From assembly GCA_021202555.1 (NCBI GenBank), contig JAJQCT010000023.1, forward strand, positions 10,865 to 74,864: DNA of 64,000 bases. The letters run 5' to 3'. The notes below the pieces were generated by a model. The model was given only the letters and a program-made list of their open reading frames with translations, made no database searches and was not told where the DNA came from. Below, piece after piece: positions 27,690 to 37,820 of the stretch. The stretch's first letter is position 1, and every line of letters starts with the position of its first letter. Origin of the DNA: Clostridiales bacterium (GTDB lineage: Bacteria > Bacillota > Clostridia > Oscillospirales > CAG-272). Both the position numbers and the translations under genes were made by a program.

Positions 27690-27866
27690 TTATTTGTATT
27701 TGCGCTTTCTCGCGGCTTCGGACTTCTTTTTCCGCTTAACGCTGGGCTTCTCATAGTACTCTCTTTTGCGGAGTTCGGCAAGAACGCCCGATCTTGCACA
27801 CTGACGCTTAAATCTGCGCAGCGCACTGTCAAGTGATTCGTTTTCCTTGACTCTGATCTCTGCCAT
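27690..27866 (-). CDS. rpsU: 30S ribosomal protein S21
   Basis: Hand-translated 58-aa ORF, below the ORF-track cutoff: [58 protein letters not shown]. This is a near-canonical S21 sequence. It has a GGGAGGG RBS, a consensus promoter and a terminator. Confidence 0.9.
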   Translation of the reverse strand: MAEIRVKENESLDSALRRFKRQCARSGVLAELRKREYYEKPSVKRKKKSEAARKRKYK

Positions 27867-27944
27867 ATCTCTATCCCTCCCTTCGCAAACGCACAGTCGG
27901 CACAGCTACGCCCGAAAAGGGGCGTTTCAACCACCGCAGGAAAT

Positions 27945-27973
27945 ATTATATCAAAGCTTTTCGCGTCTGTCAA
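27945..27973 (-). promoter_or_regulatory. Consensus sigma-A promoter of rpsU
   Basis: Minus strand: TTGACA (27973-27968), exactly 17 nt, TATAAT (27950-27945). The ~70-nt leader contains the hairpin ACGCCC-cttttc-GGGCGT. Confidence 0.7.
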
Positions 27974-28008
27974 GAGCGAATTTCAAAAAAACGCAAATTT
28001 TTTCGATT

Positions 28009-29955
28009 TTAATAACTCATTACGCTCTTATACTGCACAATTTCCGTTCCCGGGCAGTACGCATAAAGCATATCGTCATACGAAACGCCAAGCGTCGCGA
28101 GGTCGTAAAGCCCATACTGCGACACGCCCACGCCGTGACCGTACCCCTTTCCGACAATTATAAAGTTTGATGAGTCAGTCGCGGTTGCGGTTTTTGTAAC
28201 GATTGTCGAGTCGCTCACGCTGTCGGGATCAAGAGTATATGTTGAATCTGCAGTAAGAACCGTAACACTCTCGGCGGATGAAACGCTGTAAACGCCGCCG
28301 GCGGTCTGCACATACGTCTCATCGCCGAAAAGCGATGAGAAGAAAGTCCCTATCGACGTGATTACACCCCACCCGTCGCTGCCGGAAACATTCTGCCCCG
28401 GCGCTACAAGCGTGGTATACTCGGTATATTCAACGCTTCCCTTTCCAATTACGAAGTTTGCGCTGTTCACATACTTTGAAAAGGCTGAACGAACCTTGCT
28501 CGTTGATTCGATAACGACCGTGTTCCCCGATGTATCCTTTATCGTCATTTTGTAAATATACGTCAGCCCGTCTCCTGCCGTCTCGTCAATCGTAACGGAC
28601 GCGATGTCGCTTGTAAGCGTCGTATATCCGCGCGAAATCAGGTATGCGGAAAGCTCGGACGGCGAAACCTCAACAGTCCAGAACGCGTATGTATGGTTGA
28701 GATAATCCTCCCACGGAGTCTCAACCCCGCAAAGCCAAGGATATTTTGATGCATTGCTGCCCCATACGCAGCTCACGGCGGCGGAGCAGTTCCCCATGCT
28801 CGAGCAGTAGTATACCTCCGCTATCGCGCTGTTATATGAAAGCACCATGCCCGCCGTCGCTTCAACCGCCTCGATAACGCGGCTGTTCACCCGCGTAACT
28901 CCCCTGTATACCTGCGACGACGACGTAGGATCAACATTGAAGCCGTACTTGCTCCAGTATTTGCTCATGTTTGTCAGCGCATATGTGCGTACAGCTATTG
29001 CGAATGCCTTCTGCGTCTCAAGCGGCCACGAATTTGAAATTTCATAAGGCAGAACGCCCTTAACGTAATCCTCAAGCGGAACCACGTTTATCATTTCAAT
29101 TCCGTCAACCTCCGACGTTATGTAGCGCTCAAAGACGAAAACTCCGTCATAAATATATTTCGTGTGCGCCAGAAGATATGCCTCCGTGCCGTCATCGCCG
29201 TCAACGGCGTCAAGCGCGAGATATGAATCAGTTCCGCAGTCATACTCAAAGAGAATTTCATTCGAGGTATGATTTACGAGCGTCACCCCCGTTGTCGTCG
29301 GCGAAACGACGCTCAGCGTATAACCCGTTAAAACAGCCTTAAGTGCGCTCACATCGAGCAGAGCCGCATCGCTTGTGGTATAGCTTCCGATTCTCACGGT
29401 GTATTCGCCGTTCACATACGATGGAATAGCGTAAATGTCGCCGCGCCCAGCCGCGCTCAAAAGAGCGTTTATTGCCGCCACAGCCGTTTCCGTTGCGGAC
29501 GCGCTCGAATAAACATTGGAAATCCCGATATGATATGCGCCGACAACAGCGCTTGTATCAGAGAGATAATATTTTGACGACGAATAGCCGTAATTATACT
29601 CGCCAAGCACCGTCACCTTTGAGGTATCGTCAATGCTCCAAAGCTCACTGAAGGTTTTGACGTACTTCCCCATTTCCTCAGACCCGACCGTGAAGCCGTT
29701 CGTCGTAGTAACGGTATACGCAACGTCAACGCTTGTCCCGTAAAGAATGCCGACAGCAATCGAAATGTCGTCAAGTCCGTTCGCTTCCGAAGCCGAGACG
29801 CCGCTGTCCTCTGCAAAAACGAAGTATATAAGTGTATAAAGCACCGAAATAAGCATAAGACCCGCCAGAATGCAGGCGACAACGCGGATTATTATAGTCC
29901 GTCGGTCTATTTTCCTTTTCTCGTGCTCATTTTTCTTTTTACCCTTCGACGACAT
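28009..29955 (-). CDS. SpoIID/LytB domain-containing protein
   Basis: 648-aa ORF with an N-terminal TM anchor. The SpoIID region reads 'ETQKAFAIAVRTYAL', 'QVYRG' and C-terminal 'GKGYGHGVGVSQYG'. Confidence 0.75.
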   Translation of the reverse strand: MSSKGKKKNEHEKRKIDRRTIIIRVVACILAGLMLISVLYTLIYFVFAEDSGVSASEANGLDDISIAVGILYGTSVDVAYTVTTTNGFTVGSEEMGKYVKTFSELWSIDDTSKVTVLGEYNYGYSSSKYYLSDTSAVVGAYHIGISNVYSSASATETAVAAINALLSAAGRGDIYAIPSYVNGEYTVRIGSYTTSDAALLDVSALKAVLTGYTLSVVSPTTTGVTLVNHTSNEILFEYDCGTDSYLALDAVDGDDGTEAYLLAHTKYIYDGVFVFERYITSEVDGIEMINVVPLEDYVKGVLPYEISNSWPLETQKAFAIAVRTYALTNMSKYWSKYGFNVDPTSSSQVYRGVTRVNSRVIEAVEATAGMVLSYNSAIAEVYYCSSMGNCSAAVSCVWGSNASKYPWLCGVETPWEDYLNHTYAFWTVEVSPSELSAYLISRGYTTLTSDIASVTIDETAGDGLTYIYKMTIKDTSGNTVVIESTSKVRSAFSKYVNSANFVIGKGSVEYTEYTTLVAPGQNVSGSDGWGVITSIGTFFSSLFGDETYVQTAGGVYSVSSAESVTVLTADSTYTLDPDSVSDSTIVTKTATATDSSNFIIVGKGYGHGVGVSQYGLYDLATLGVSYDDMLYAYCPGTEIVQYKSVMSY

Positions 29956-30556
29956 AGTATGACCCTCTCAGCATTATGCTTGCAGTGCTCGACGTGATTT
30001 TGATTCCGCGTTCGTCATCTCCCTTTGGTATGAGCAAAAGGTGATTGTAAACGACAAGCCCGCCGTTCATTATATCGATTCCGAGGGACATATCGCAAAG
30101 CCCAAGAGTCGATGAGGACGAAACAACAACCGCGGAACCTGAGCGAAGAACAAGCTCAAGCGCACCTCCCGTCGCGTAAATTATATCTCCTTTTGTAAAC
30201 TGAACCTCAACGAAATCCGATCCGCTGCTGCTGCTACTGCTGCTGCTTCCGCTGTCAATTTTGGCAAGCTGCGCCGCAAGCTCGGAAATTTCCGACTCGA
30301 TGTCCGAAATCCGCGATTCAAGCTCCGTCAGCCGCGTCTCAAGACTGCTGTTGTCCACACTGAGAATCTCGGACTGCAGGCTTTCTATTTCTTCCTGAAG
30401 CTCCGACAATCTTTCCTCAAGGTACGAATACGAAATCAGCGGATCCGTGCTGCTGTCGTAATCGGAGTCTGCCGCAAAGATAAACGGGCAGAGCGAAATC
30501 GTAACCGCAAGCGCGGCGGCAACGGAAATGATTCGGAATTTGGTCTTCATGATCAA
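29939..30556 (-). CDS. Secreted coiled-coil protein with poly-Ser tract (unknown function)
   Basis: Signal peptide, heptad-like 'LEERLSELQEEIESLQSEILS..' region and a run of about 10 Ser. It overlaps the downstream SpoIID-like gene by 17 nt. Confidence 0.4.
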   Translation of the reverse strand: MIMKTKFRIISVAAALAVTISLCPFIFAADSDYDSSTDPLISYSYLEERLSELQEEIESLQSEILSVDNSSLETRLTELESRISDIESEISELAAQLAKIDSGSSSSSSSSGSDFVEVQFTKGDIIYATGGALELVLRSGSAVVVSSSSTLGLCDMSLGIDIMNGGLVVYNHLLLIPKGDDERGIKITSSTASIMLRGSYYVVEG

Positions 30557-30586
30557 ACGCTCCTTTCAAGTTTTTAAAATCAGTTT

Positions 30587-32824
30587 TCAAAACATCTTCT
30601 GTTGAGCGGAACCGCTGTCCGCATCCGATAAAATCACGCCTGTCGAGGGAAGCTTGCTTCGCCTGTACCGCGACGGATTCTCGAAAATGGACGACACATT
30701 CGCCTTTGAGGAAACAACACGCCCGTTCGCCTTCAGCGTCATAAGCCCGACGCCCTGTGAGCTTCTCGTTGTTTTTATCGGAATCTGCGATGTTGATATT
30801 ACAATCGCGCGACCCGCGTCCGACATAAGCATAATGTCAAACGGCTCTCCGTCCTCAATGAAAATCGAAACCGCCGGTGACACTGAGCTGTATGCCGAGG
30901 TAAGCTTCTTTCTGTTTGATTTCGTCTCATATGCCGAAAGCGGTATTTTGACTCCCTTTCCGTTTTCAAATATGAAAACGACGTTTGTGCTCTCACTGTA
31001 TCCCTTGACGACGCACATATAAAGTGTACTCTCGCCGTCGTCGAAATTGAGCTTTGACGGGACAAAATCGCCCATAGAAGATGATTTTGTCGTATCAAAA
31101 TCGCTCATCCTCGACTTATAAACCTGACATTTGTCAGTGAAAAACAATATTTCATCGCGGTTTTCCGCGTCCCTGTTCACAAGAACGCAATCCCCGTCCT
31201 TGAGCTTCTGCTCGTCGCTCATTCTGTACGACTGCACGGTAATCTTTTTGAAATATCCGCCCGCCGTCATAATCGCGCGACAGGGGTAATTTTCAATTTC
31301 GTTTTCCTCGGCGTAAACGTAGCCCTCTCCCGCCTCGATTATCTCCGTGCGCCTTTCCTGACCGTATTTTTTCTTTATTTCCGAAAGCTGTCCGATTATC
31401 TCCGCCTTCAGCTTCAGATCATCCTCGATTATGGCTTTCAGCTTGGCAATTTCGTTTTGAAGCGCCTCTATGTCGCGAACGCGGTTTAGGATGTACTCTC
31501 GGTTTAAGTTGCGCAGCTTAATCTCCGCGATAAATTCCGCCTGCACCTTGTCAATCGAAAAGCCCTCCATGAGATTCGGGACGACCATCGATTCCTTTTC
31601 CGTCTCGCGCACTATTTTAATTGCTTTATCAATGTCAAGCAGGATTTTTCCGAGACCGAGCAGCAGGTGCAGTCTTTCTTCCTTTCGCTCGCAGTCGAAA
31701 ATAAGCTCCCGCCGATAGCAGCCCGTTCTGAAGCGTATCCACTCCTTAAGAATCCCGAGTACTCCAAGCTGGCGGGGAGACCCGTCAATCAAAAGCGTGA
31801 AATTGCACTTGAACGAATCCTCGAGCGGCGTCAGCTTATAAAGCTTCTCCATCAGCTTGTCGGGATCTACTCCGCGCTTCAAATCGAGCGCGAGCTTGAA
31901 TCCCGAAAGGTCTATTTCGTCCCTGAAATCCGTCACCTCACGAAGCTTTCCGTCAGACAAAAGATCTGTGAGCTTTTTCAGTATAAGCTCTATTGTCGTC
32001 GAGTACGGGATTTCAAGAATTTCAAGCGTGTTTGTCTTTTCGTCGAAGCTGTATTTAGCCCTTACCTTCACGGCGCCCGTTCCGGTTTCGTATATCGTGC
32101 GAATAGCAGCCTCGTCATATATGAGTTTGCCGCCTCCCGGAAAATCGGGGGCTTTTATTATCTTCATCAGATCGTCCGTCGTGACGTTCGGATTTTTAAG
32201 AAGGGCAATTGTTCCGTCGCACACCTCCGCCAAGTTAAAGGAGCAGATGTTCGATGCCATTCCGACGGCAATTCCCATATTCGGATTAACAATTATGTTC
32301 GGAAACGTCGTCGGAAGAAGCACAGGCTCCTTCATCGTTCCGTCGTAATTGTCAACCATGTCAACGGCGTTTTTGTCTATTCCCGAAAATATTTCGGCAC
32401 AGAATTTGTCGAGCTTGACCTCCGTATATCTCGGTGCAGCATATTTCATATCGGATGAATACTGCTTTCCGAAGCTTCCCTTTGAATCTATAAACGGATG
32501 AAGCAGCGCGCCGTTCGCGCGCGTAAGCCTGACGAGAGTTTCGTAAATCGACGCATCCCCGTGCGGGTTCAGATGCATCGTTTGACCTACGACGTTCGCG
32601 CTTTTCGTGCGCGCTCCCGTCATAAGTCCCATTTTATACATAGTGTAAAGCAGCTTTCTGTGAGCGGGCTTGAATCCGTCAATTTCAGGTATCGCGCGCG
32701 AGACGATTACCGTCATCACATACGGCATATAATTCGTCTCAATCGTTTCCGTTATCGGCTGGTTGACCGCCTCTGCGGGGGTCTCGAACACCCGCTCAAT
32801 GTCACTTTTCTTTTTCTTTGCCAT
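30587..32824 (-). CDS. Type IIA DNA topoisomerase subunit A (GyrA/ParC family; ParC-like length)
   Basis: 745-aa ORF with 'YMPYVMTVIVSRAIPEIDGFKPAHRKLLY' and the catalytic 'AAPRYTE'. No B subunit lies in the window. Confidence 0.85.
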   Translation of the reverse strand: MAKKKKSDIERVFETPAEAVNQPITETIETNYMPYVMTVIVSRAIPEIDGFKPAHRKLLYTMYKMGLMTGARTKSANVVGQTMHLNPHGDASIYETLVRLTRANGALLHPFIDSKGSFGKQYSSDMKYAAPRYTEVKLDKFCAEIFSGIDKNAVDMVDNYDGTMKEPVLLPTTFPNIIVNPNMGIAVGMASNICSFNLAEVCDGTIALLKNPNVTTDDLMKIIKAPDFPGGGKLIYDEAAIRTIYETGTGAVKVRAKYSFDEKTNTLEILEIPYSTTIELILKKLTDLLSDGKLREVTDFRDEIDLSGFKLALDLKRGVDPDKLMEKLYKLTPLEDSFKCNFTLLIDGSPRQLGVLGILKEWIRFRTGCYRRELIFDCERKEERLHLLLGLGKILLDIDKAIKIVRETEKESMVVPNLMEGFSIDKVQAEFIAEIKLRNLNREYILNRVRDIEALQNEIAKLKAIIEDDLKLKAEIIGQLSEIKKKYGQERRTEIIEAGEGYVYAEENEIENYPCRAIMTAGGYFKKITVQSYRMSDEQKLKDGDCVLVNRDAENRDEILFFTDKCQVYKSRMSDFDTTKSSSMGDFVPSKLNFDDGESTLYMCVVKGYSESTNVVFIFENGKGVKIPLSAYETKSNRKKLTSAYSSVSPAVSIFIEDGEPFDIMLMSDAGRAIVISTSQIPIKTTRSSQGVGLMTLKANGRVVSSKANVSSIFENPSRYRRSKLPSTGVILSDADSGSAQQKMF

Positions 32825-32845
32825 AATAACCTTCCGACGTCACGT

Positions 32846-33889
32846 TCATACGCGCCGAATCGTGTGATTCGCCGCACGGATGAGCCTGTTGTAAATAGCG
32901 GGGGAAAGCCCCTCAACGCCTCTTTGCGGTGCGTATGAGTAAATCACATCAACTCGCCTCGTCTCGCCAATCGCATCTGCTTCGCGAAGTGCAGCGAAAA
33001 GCCTTCTCGCGTGAGATTTCGCGTCGTCCCTGCCGCCGATTGAAATTCCGCACTCGGGAAATTCCGAAACGTCCTCGTCGTAGCAGATGAAAAGGCAGCT
33101 TTCACCAGATGACAGCCTGTCTTTCACATATGCTTTCACCCTTTGTGCCTCGCCGTCAAGCAGAACAAGCGGGGATTTTGGCGCGTAATGCTTGTATTTC
33201 ATACCGGGCGAAAGCGGTATTTCGCCCTCAGAAAGCCCCTCCGCGAATGTCACCTCGGAGCATACAGTCAAAAGCTCGTCGCGGCTCACGCCTCCGGGTC
33301 TTAAAATTTTGAGCGAATCCTCGCCCGAGAGCAGCACGACCGTCGATTCAAGCCCAACGTCGCACTCGCCGCCGTCAATAATCGCCGAAACCCGCCCCAT
33401 CATGTCGTCGGTACAGTGTGAAAATCTTGTCGGAGACGGCTTGCCCGAAAGATTCGCGGACGGCGCGGCAACGGGAACTCCCGACAGCTCTATAAATCTG
33501 TGAGCCGTCGGATGCACGGGACATCTTATCCCGACGGTATTCCCTCCCGCCGTAACCTCATCTGGGATTATTTCGCGTTTTTTTAATATTATCGTTATGG
33601 GACCCGGCACAAAAGCGTCCGCCAGTCTCCGATACAGCTTTGTCGTATATGCGATTTTTTCGGCATCCTCTGGGTACGCGATATGCACAATCAAGGGATT
33701 GTCGTGCGGTCGCCCCTTCGCCTCGAATACGTCATAAGCCGCGCGGGCATCGAGCGCCGACGCTCCAAGCCCGTACACCGTTTCCGTCGGAAAAATCACA
33801 AGCTCGCCCGAGCGGAGCATGGAAGCCGCCGCCCGAAGTCCGTCGTCATCCCCCACGGGGACGAGAAGAGTTTTTTTGTCAAAAGTCAC
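32846..33889 (-). CDS. tsaC: L-threonylcarbamoyladenylate synthase (Sua5/YwlC type)
   Basis: 347-aa ORF with the 'FPTETVYGLGA' YrdC domain and a C-terminal Sua5 domain. It overlaps the prfA stop. Confidence 0.85.
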   Translation of the reverse strand: MTFDKKTLLVPVGDDDGLRAAASMLRSGELVIFPTETVYGLGASALDARAAYDVFEAKGRPHDNPLIVHIAYPEDAEKIAYTTKLYRRLADAFVPGPITIILKKREIIPDEVTAGGNTVGIRCPVHPTAHRFIELSGVPVAAPSANLSGKPSPTRFSHCTDDMMGRVSAIIDGGECDVGLESTVVLLSGEDSLKILRPGGVSRDELLTVCSEVTFAEGLSEGEIPLSPGMKYKHYAPKSPLVLLDGEAQRVKAYVKDRLSSGESCLFICYDEDVSEFPECGISIGGRDDAKSHARRLFAALREADAIGETRRVDVIYSYAPQRGVEGLSPAIYNRLIRAANHTIRRV

Positions 33890-34965
33890 GTCTCACCGTC
33901 GGCTTTTAGCCGCTCCGCCGTGTCAGCCTCCGTAAGTGCGTCAATCAAGCCGTCAATATCTCCGTCGAGAAATGCGTCGAGAGTATAAATCGTAAATCCG
34001 ATTCTGTGATCCGTCACTCGGCTTTGAGGGTAGTTGTACGTGCGGATTTTCTGACTTCTGTCGCCTGTTCCGACCTGTGATTTCCTGTCGGCGGCAATTT
34101 TGGATATGCGTTCGTTTTCCTTGATTTCGTAAAGCTTCGTTTTCAGCATCCGAAGCGCCGTTTCCTTATTCTGAAGCTGGCTTCGCTCCGTCTGACAGCC
34201 GACGATTATTCCCGTCGGCTTGTGTATGATCCTTATCGCCGACTCCGTTTTGTTTATGTGCTGGCCGCCCGCGCCGCTTGATTTCATAGTCTCGACAGTA
34301 ATATCGGCAGGGTTGATTTCAATATCTCCCGTCTCGTCAGCCTCGGGAAGCACGGCGACCGTAGCGGTAGAGGTGTGGATTCGCCCCTGCGATTCCGTTT
34401 CGGGAACACGCTGCACACGATGAACGCCCGATTCAAACTTGAATCTCGAATACGCGCCCTCGCCGGAAATCAAAAGCGTGATTTCCTTGAAGCCGCCAAG
34501 CTCCGTCTCGTTTTCGTCTACTATTTTTACATCAAATCCGCGCTTTTCCGAGTACATCGTGTACATACGGTAAAGCACGGCGGCAAACAGCGCCGCCTCA
34601 TCGCCTCCGGGACCCGCGCGAATCTCGAGAAGCACGTTTTTGTCGTCGTTTTTGTCCTTCGGCAATAGCAGCACCCGAATCTCTCCCGACAAAACATCGA
34701 GCTTTTTCCTGTCGCTCTCAAGCTCCGCGGCGGCGAGCTCCTCAATTTCGGCATCTCCGCACGAAAGCATTTCAAGCGACGCTTCAATTGACGCGCTGCA
34801 AGCCTTGTATTCGCGGTATTTTTCGATAATCGGCAGGAGGCGTTTTCGCTCGCGCGAAAGCTTTTTGTAATTTTCCATATCGGAGAATATCTCGGGAGAG
34901 GCGAGTTCAGCCTCAATTCCCTCGAATTTTCTCTCAATTTCGTTAAGCTTTTCGTTCATTTCCAA
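33886..34965 (-). CDS. prfA: Peptide chain release factor 1
   Basis: 359-aa ORF with 'SGAGGQHINKTESAIRI' (GGQ) and an RF1-type P-x-T tripeptide ('PET'). Confidence 0.9.
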   Translation of the reverse strand: MEMNEKLNEIERKFEGIEAELASPEIFSDMENYKKLSRERKRLLPIIEKYREYKACSASIEASLEMLSCGDAEIEELAAAELESDRKKLDVLSGEIRVLLLPKDKNDDKNVLLEIRAGPGGDEAALFAAVLYRMYTMYSEKRGFDVKIVDENETELGGFKEITLLISGEGAYSRFKFESGVHRVQRVPETESQGRIHTSTATVAVLPEADETGDIEINPADITVETMKSSGAGGQHINKTESAIRIIHKPTGIIVGCQTERSQLQNKETALRMLKTKLYEIKENERISKIAADRKSQVGTGDRSQKIRTYNYPQSRVTDHRIGFTIYTLDAFLDGDIDGLIDALTEADTAERLKADGET

Positions 34966-34994
34966 TGCCTCTTGCCGCCTTTTGTCAAAATCGA

Positions 34995-36407
34995 TTACTT
35001 GTTGAACGCTTTATGTGCGAGATATGCCTCGTAAAGGTCAACCTTTGAAATTATCTCAAACGGCGCGTGCATTGAAAGCACTGGAACGCCGAGATCTATC
35101 GTGTCTATGTTTTCTTTTGATATGTACATTGCAACGGTTCCTCCGCCGCCCTGATCAACCTTTCCAAGCTCGGCAGTCTGCCAGACCACACCCGCGTCGT
35201 CAAATATTCGGCGCACCTTGTAAACAGTCTCGGCGGAAGCGTCGTTTGAGCCGCCCTTTCCGCGGCTTCCCGTGAATTTGACGAGAGTGACGCCGCAGCC
35301 GCAAAGAGCGCTGTTCATACGCTCATATACCTCAGCGTAAAGCGGATCATGTCCCGCCGCAACGTCTGCGGAGAGGCAGAGAGAATGAATGCGCACAAGC
35401 GTTTCGTTCGCACCAAGGCACTTTGAAATTTCGGAAATCACGTCGGTGAGATTGCTCGACTGCATTCCCGTGTTGCCCTCACTGCCGATTTCCTCCTTGT
35501 CGGCGAATATGCACATAACGGTCTTTTCGGGGTTTTCAGCCTCAGCTGTCGCCATCAGAATCGGATATGAGCATACTCTGTCATCGTGTCCGTAGCCGCC
35601 AATCATCGCGCGGTCAAGACCTATATCGCGTGTTTTGCCTGCGGGAACTACGCAAAGCTCCGAGGAAACAAGGTCATTTTCCGTCACGCCGTATTTGTCG
35701 TTCATATATTTCATCACCGCGAGCTTTACCCTGTCGTCAGGCTCGTTCGTCTTGTAAGGGTCGTCGGGCGTTGAATACGGACGCGATCCGACAAGCACAT
35801 TAAGTCCCTCGCCCGAAAAAGCGGAATCAAGGGGTCTTCCCGCCTGATCCTTCGCGAGATGCGGCAGAAGATCCGTGATACAGAATACAGGGTCGCCCTC
35901 CTCATCGCCGATTCTCACGTCTACGGATTCACCGTCCTTTTTGACTATTGTTCCGTGAAGAGCAAGCGGAATCGTCGTCCACTGGTACTTGCGGATTCCG
36001 CCGTAGTAATGCGTCTTGAGATAACCGAATCCGGTATCCTCATAAAGCGAATGCTGCTTTAAGTCAATTCTGGGCGAATCAACGTGCGCCGCGGATATGC
36101 GGATTCCGCACTCAAGCGGCTCGCTGCCGATTACAAACGCGATAAGGCTCTTGCCGCGGTTGTTGTAGTAGTATTTTCCGCCGACGGACACTTTGTCACC
36201 AAGATGATACTCCGAAAAGCCGTGAGATTTCAGAATCTCCACGCCCGCCTTTACGGCTTCGCGCTCCGTCTTTGAGCTGTCGAGAAATTTTTTGTAGCCT
36301 TCGGCAAAATCATACGCCGCGTTTATTTCCTCCTCACTCCTGACCTCATAAACGCTTTTCTTTGAATAAAAAAGCTGTTCCTTCATTTCCTTTGTCTTTT
36401 CAGACAT
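34995..36407 (-). CDS. M18-family aminopeptidase
   Basis: The start is set at MSEKTKE (ATG 36407, GGAGG 8 nt upstream). Motifs: 'SAAHVDSP', 'GHDDRV', 'FADKEEIGSEG'. Confidence 0.8.
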   Translation of the reverse strand: MSEKTKEMKEQLFYSKKSVYEVRSEEEINAAYDFAEGYKKFLDSSKTEREAVKAGVEILKSHGFSEYHLGDKVSVGGKYYYNNRGKSLIAFVIGSEPLECGIRISAAHVDSPRIDLKQHSLYEDTGFGYLKTHYYGGIRKYQWTTIPLALHGTIVKKDGESVDVRIGDEEGDPVFCITDLLPHLAKDQAGRPLDSAFSGEGLNVLVGSRPYSTPDDPYKTNEPDDRVKLAVMKYMNDKYGVTENDLVSSELCVVPAGKTRDIGLDRAMIGGYGHDDRVCSYPILMATAEAENPEKTVMCIFADKEEIGSEGNTGMQSSNLTDVISEISKCLGANETLVRIHSLCLSADVAAGHDPLYAEVYERMNSALCGCGVTLVKFTGSRGKGGSNDASAETVYKVRRIFDDAGVVWQTAELGKVDQGGGGTVAMYISKENIDTIDLGVPVLSMHAPFEIISKVDLYEAYLAHKAFNK

Positions 36408-36445
36408 AATTGCATCCTCCAATATATAATGTTGAAATTTTAAAA

Positions 36446-37012
36446 TCAATAGTATAGCTTCTCGTACATTTCCGCCGCCGCTTCAAGCTTTTCGACAGTC
36501 TCCCTCGTCTCGTCGTACGGAATATACGTCACATTCACGCCGTCGGTCGAGTAATTTCCGTCCGAGAGCCACGAATCAACCATATCCGTGCCGACAATAT
36601 ACGCGGCGTATACGGTTCCCCATCTTTCGTAAAGTCCGTAGAGGTATGAAAGATAGTATGTGCCGTATTTTATATTCGTCTCGGGGTCATAGAGCATTCC
36701 CGTTTCATGCTCCTCGCCCGTAAGGTCGTTCAGCATCTCAAATGTTTCGGGCAAAAGCTGCATCAGTCCTATCGCACCCGAGCTTGAAAGCAGGCTGCTG
36801 TCAAAATTACTCTCCGTTTTGATTACCGCGTAAACTATATATTCGGGTACGCCGTAAAGCTCCGAATATTCGCTGACGTAAGCGGAATATTCCTGCGGGT
36901 AGTTTTTCTCGTCAAGAAGCGTCAGACCTTTTTCGATAAGAAATCCCAGTCCTATCGACAGCGAAAGTATCAGAATAACGACGACGCTCCGCAGAATCGT
37001 TTTCTTGAACAT
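36446..37012 (-). CDS. Lytic transglycosylase (SLT domain) protein, membrane-anchored
   Basis: 188-aa ORF with a TM anchor and 'AVIKTESNFDSS...GAIGLMQL' (catalytic E-S motif). Confidence 0.75.
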   Translation of the reverse strand: MFKKTILRSVVVILILSLSIGLGFLIEKGLTLLDEKNYPQEYSAYVSEYSELYGVPEYIVYAVIKTESNFDSSLLSSSGAIGLMQLLPETFEMLNDLTGEEHETGMLYDPETNIKYGTYYLSYLYGLYERWGTVYAAYIVGTDMVDSWLSDGNYSTDGVNVTYIPYDETRETVEKLEAAAEMYEKLYY

Positions 37013-37027
37013 ATATTACACCGTTTA

Positions 37028-37618
37028 TTATGCCGTAATTTTCTCGTAAATTGCTTTTACATGACTGTAAAGCTCGTCTGTTCCGCCGTCGTTTTCGATG
37101 ACGTAATCCGAAAGCTCTCGAAGCCTGTCCTCGTCCGTCTGCGACATGAGCCGCTCGCGAGCAGCCGCCTCGTCGATACCGTCGCGGCTCATAATGCGCG
37201 GAACATAGTATTTGTCGGACGCAATAACCGAAATTTTATAGTCGCAGAGCGCATCAAATCCCGATTCAAAGAGAAGCGGAGCATCGACGACCGCCGCGCG
37301 GTAGCCGAGCCGTTCATACTTTTTAAGCCGCGTTTCCGTTTCCGCACGTATATATTTATGCGTTATTTTGTCAAGGTCGCAAAGCGCACTTTCATCCGAA
37401 AACACAATAGCTGACAGCTTTTTTCTGTCAAGCGTTCCGTCCGGGTAGAGTACGTCGCCGAAGCGGGCAGTAATTTCAGAAAGGCAATCCGACCCGGGGA
37501 CGCAAAGCTCGCGATAAATTTTATCGGTGTCGATAACTGCCGCGCCAAGGCGCTCCATCATCTCCGAAACTGTTGATTTTCCAGCGCCGCTTTTTCCGCA
37601 AAGTCCGATTACAGTCAA
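37028..37618 (-). CDS. coaE: Dephospho-CoA kinase
   Basis: 196-aa ORF with P-loop 'GLCGKSGAGKST' and 'VVDAPLLFESG'. Confidence 0.85.
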   Translation of the reverse strand: MTVIGLCGKSGAGKSTVSEMMERLGAAVIDTDKIYRELCVPGSDCLSEITARFGDVLYPDGTLDRKKLSAIVFSDESALCDLDKITHKYIRAETETRLKKYERLGYRAAVVDAPLLFESGFDALCDYKISVIASDKYYVPRIMSRDGIDEAAARERLMSQTDEDRLRELSDYVIENDGGTDELYSHVKAIYEKITA

Positions 37619-37763
37619 AATTATTTCCTCCGTCCACGCAGCAACCCGCCCGAATTTTATACACTTTTACTTTATCATATTTCTCGTTGAAAGTCAAGCG
37701 CATTATGTTAATTTGTCAGAAATAATGGCATGGATTTATCTACAAATATTTCAAAGGGCAAAA

Positions 37764-37807
37764 TTATTCCCCGAAAAGCGAAGACGTGCCTCGCTTTCGG
37801 GGAATAA
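37764..37807 (-). terminator. Terminator hairpin downstream of araA
   Basis: TTATTCCCCGAAAAGCGA-loop-TCGCTTTCGGGGAATAA (one bulge), 14 nt after the araA stop, with an A/T-rich 3' flank. Confidence 0.6.
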
Positions 37808-37820
37808 AGGTATCGAAAAA

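Noticed and set aside
30224-30255. (GCT)n-type trinucleotide tract as a phase-variation switch
   Set aside because: The tract encodes the poly-Ser run of the coiled-coil protein. Length changes in units of 3 nt keep the frame, so it cannot act as an on/off switch. At most it causes length polymorphism.
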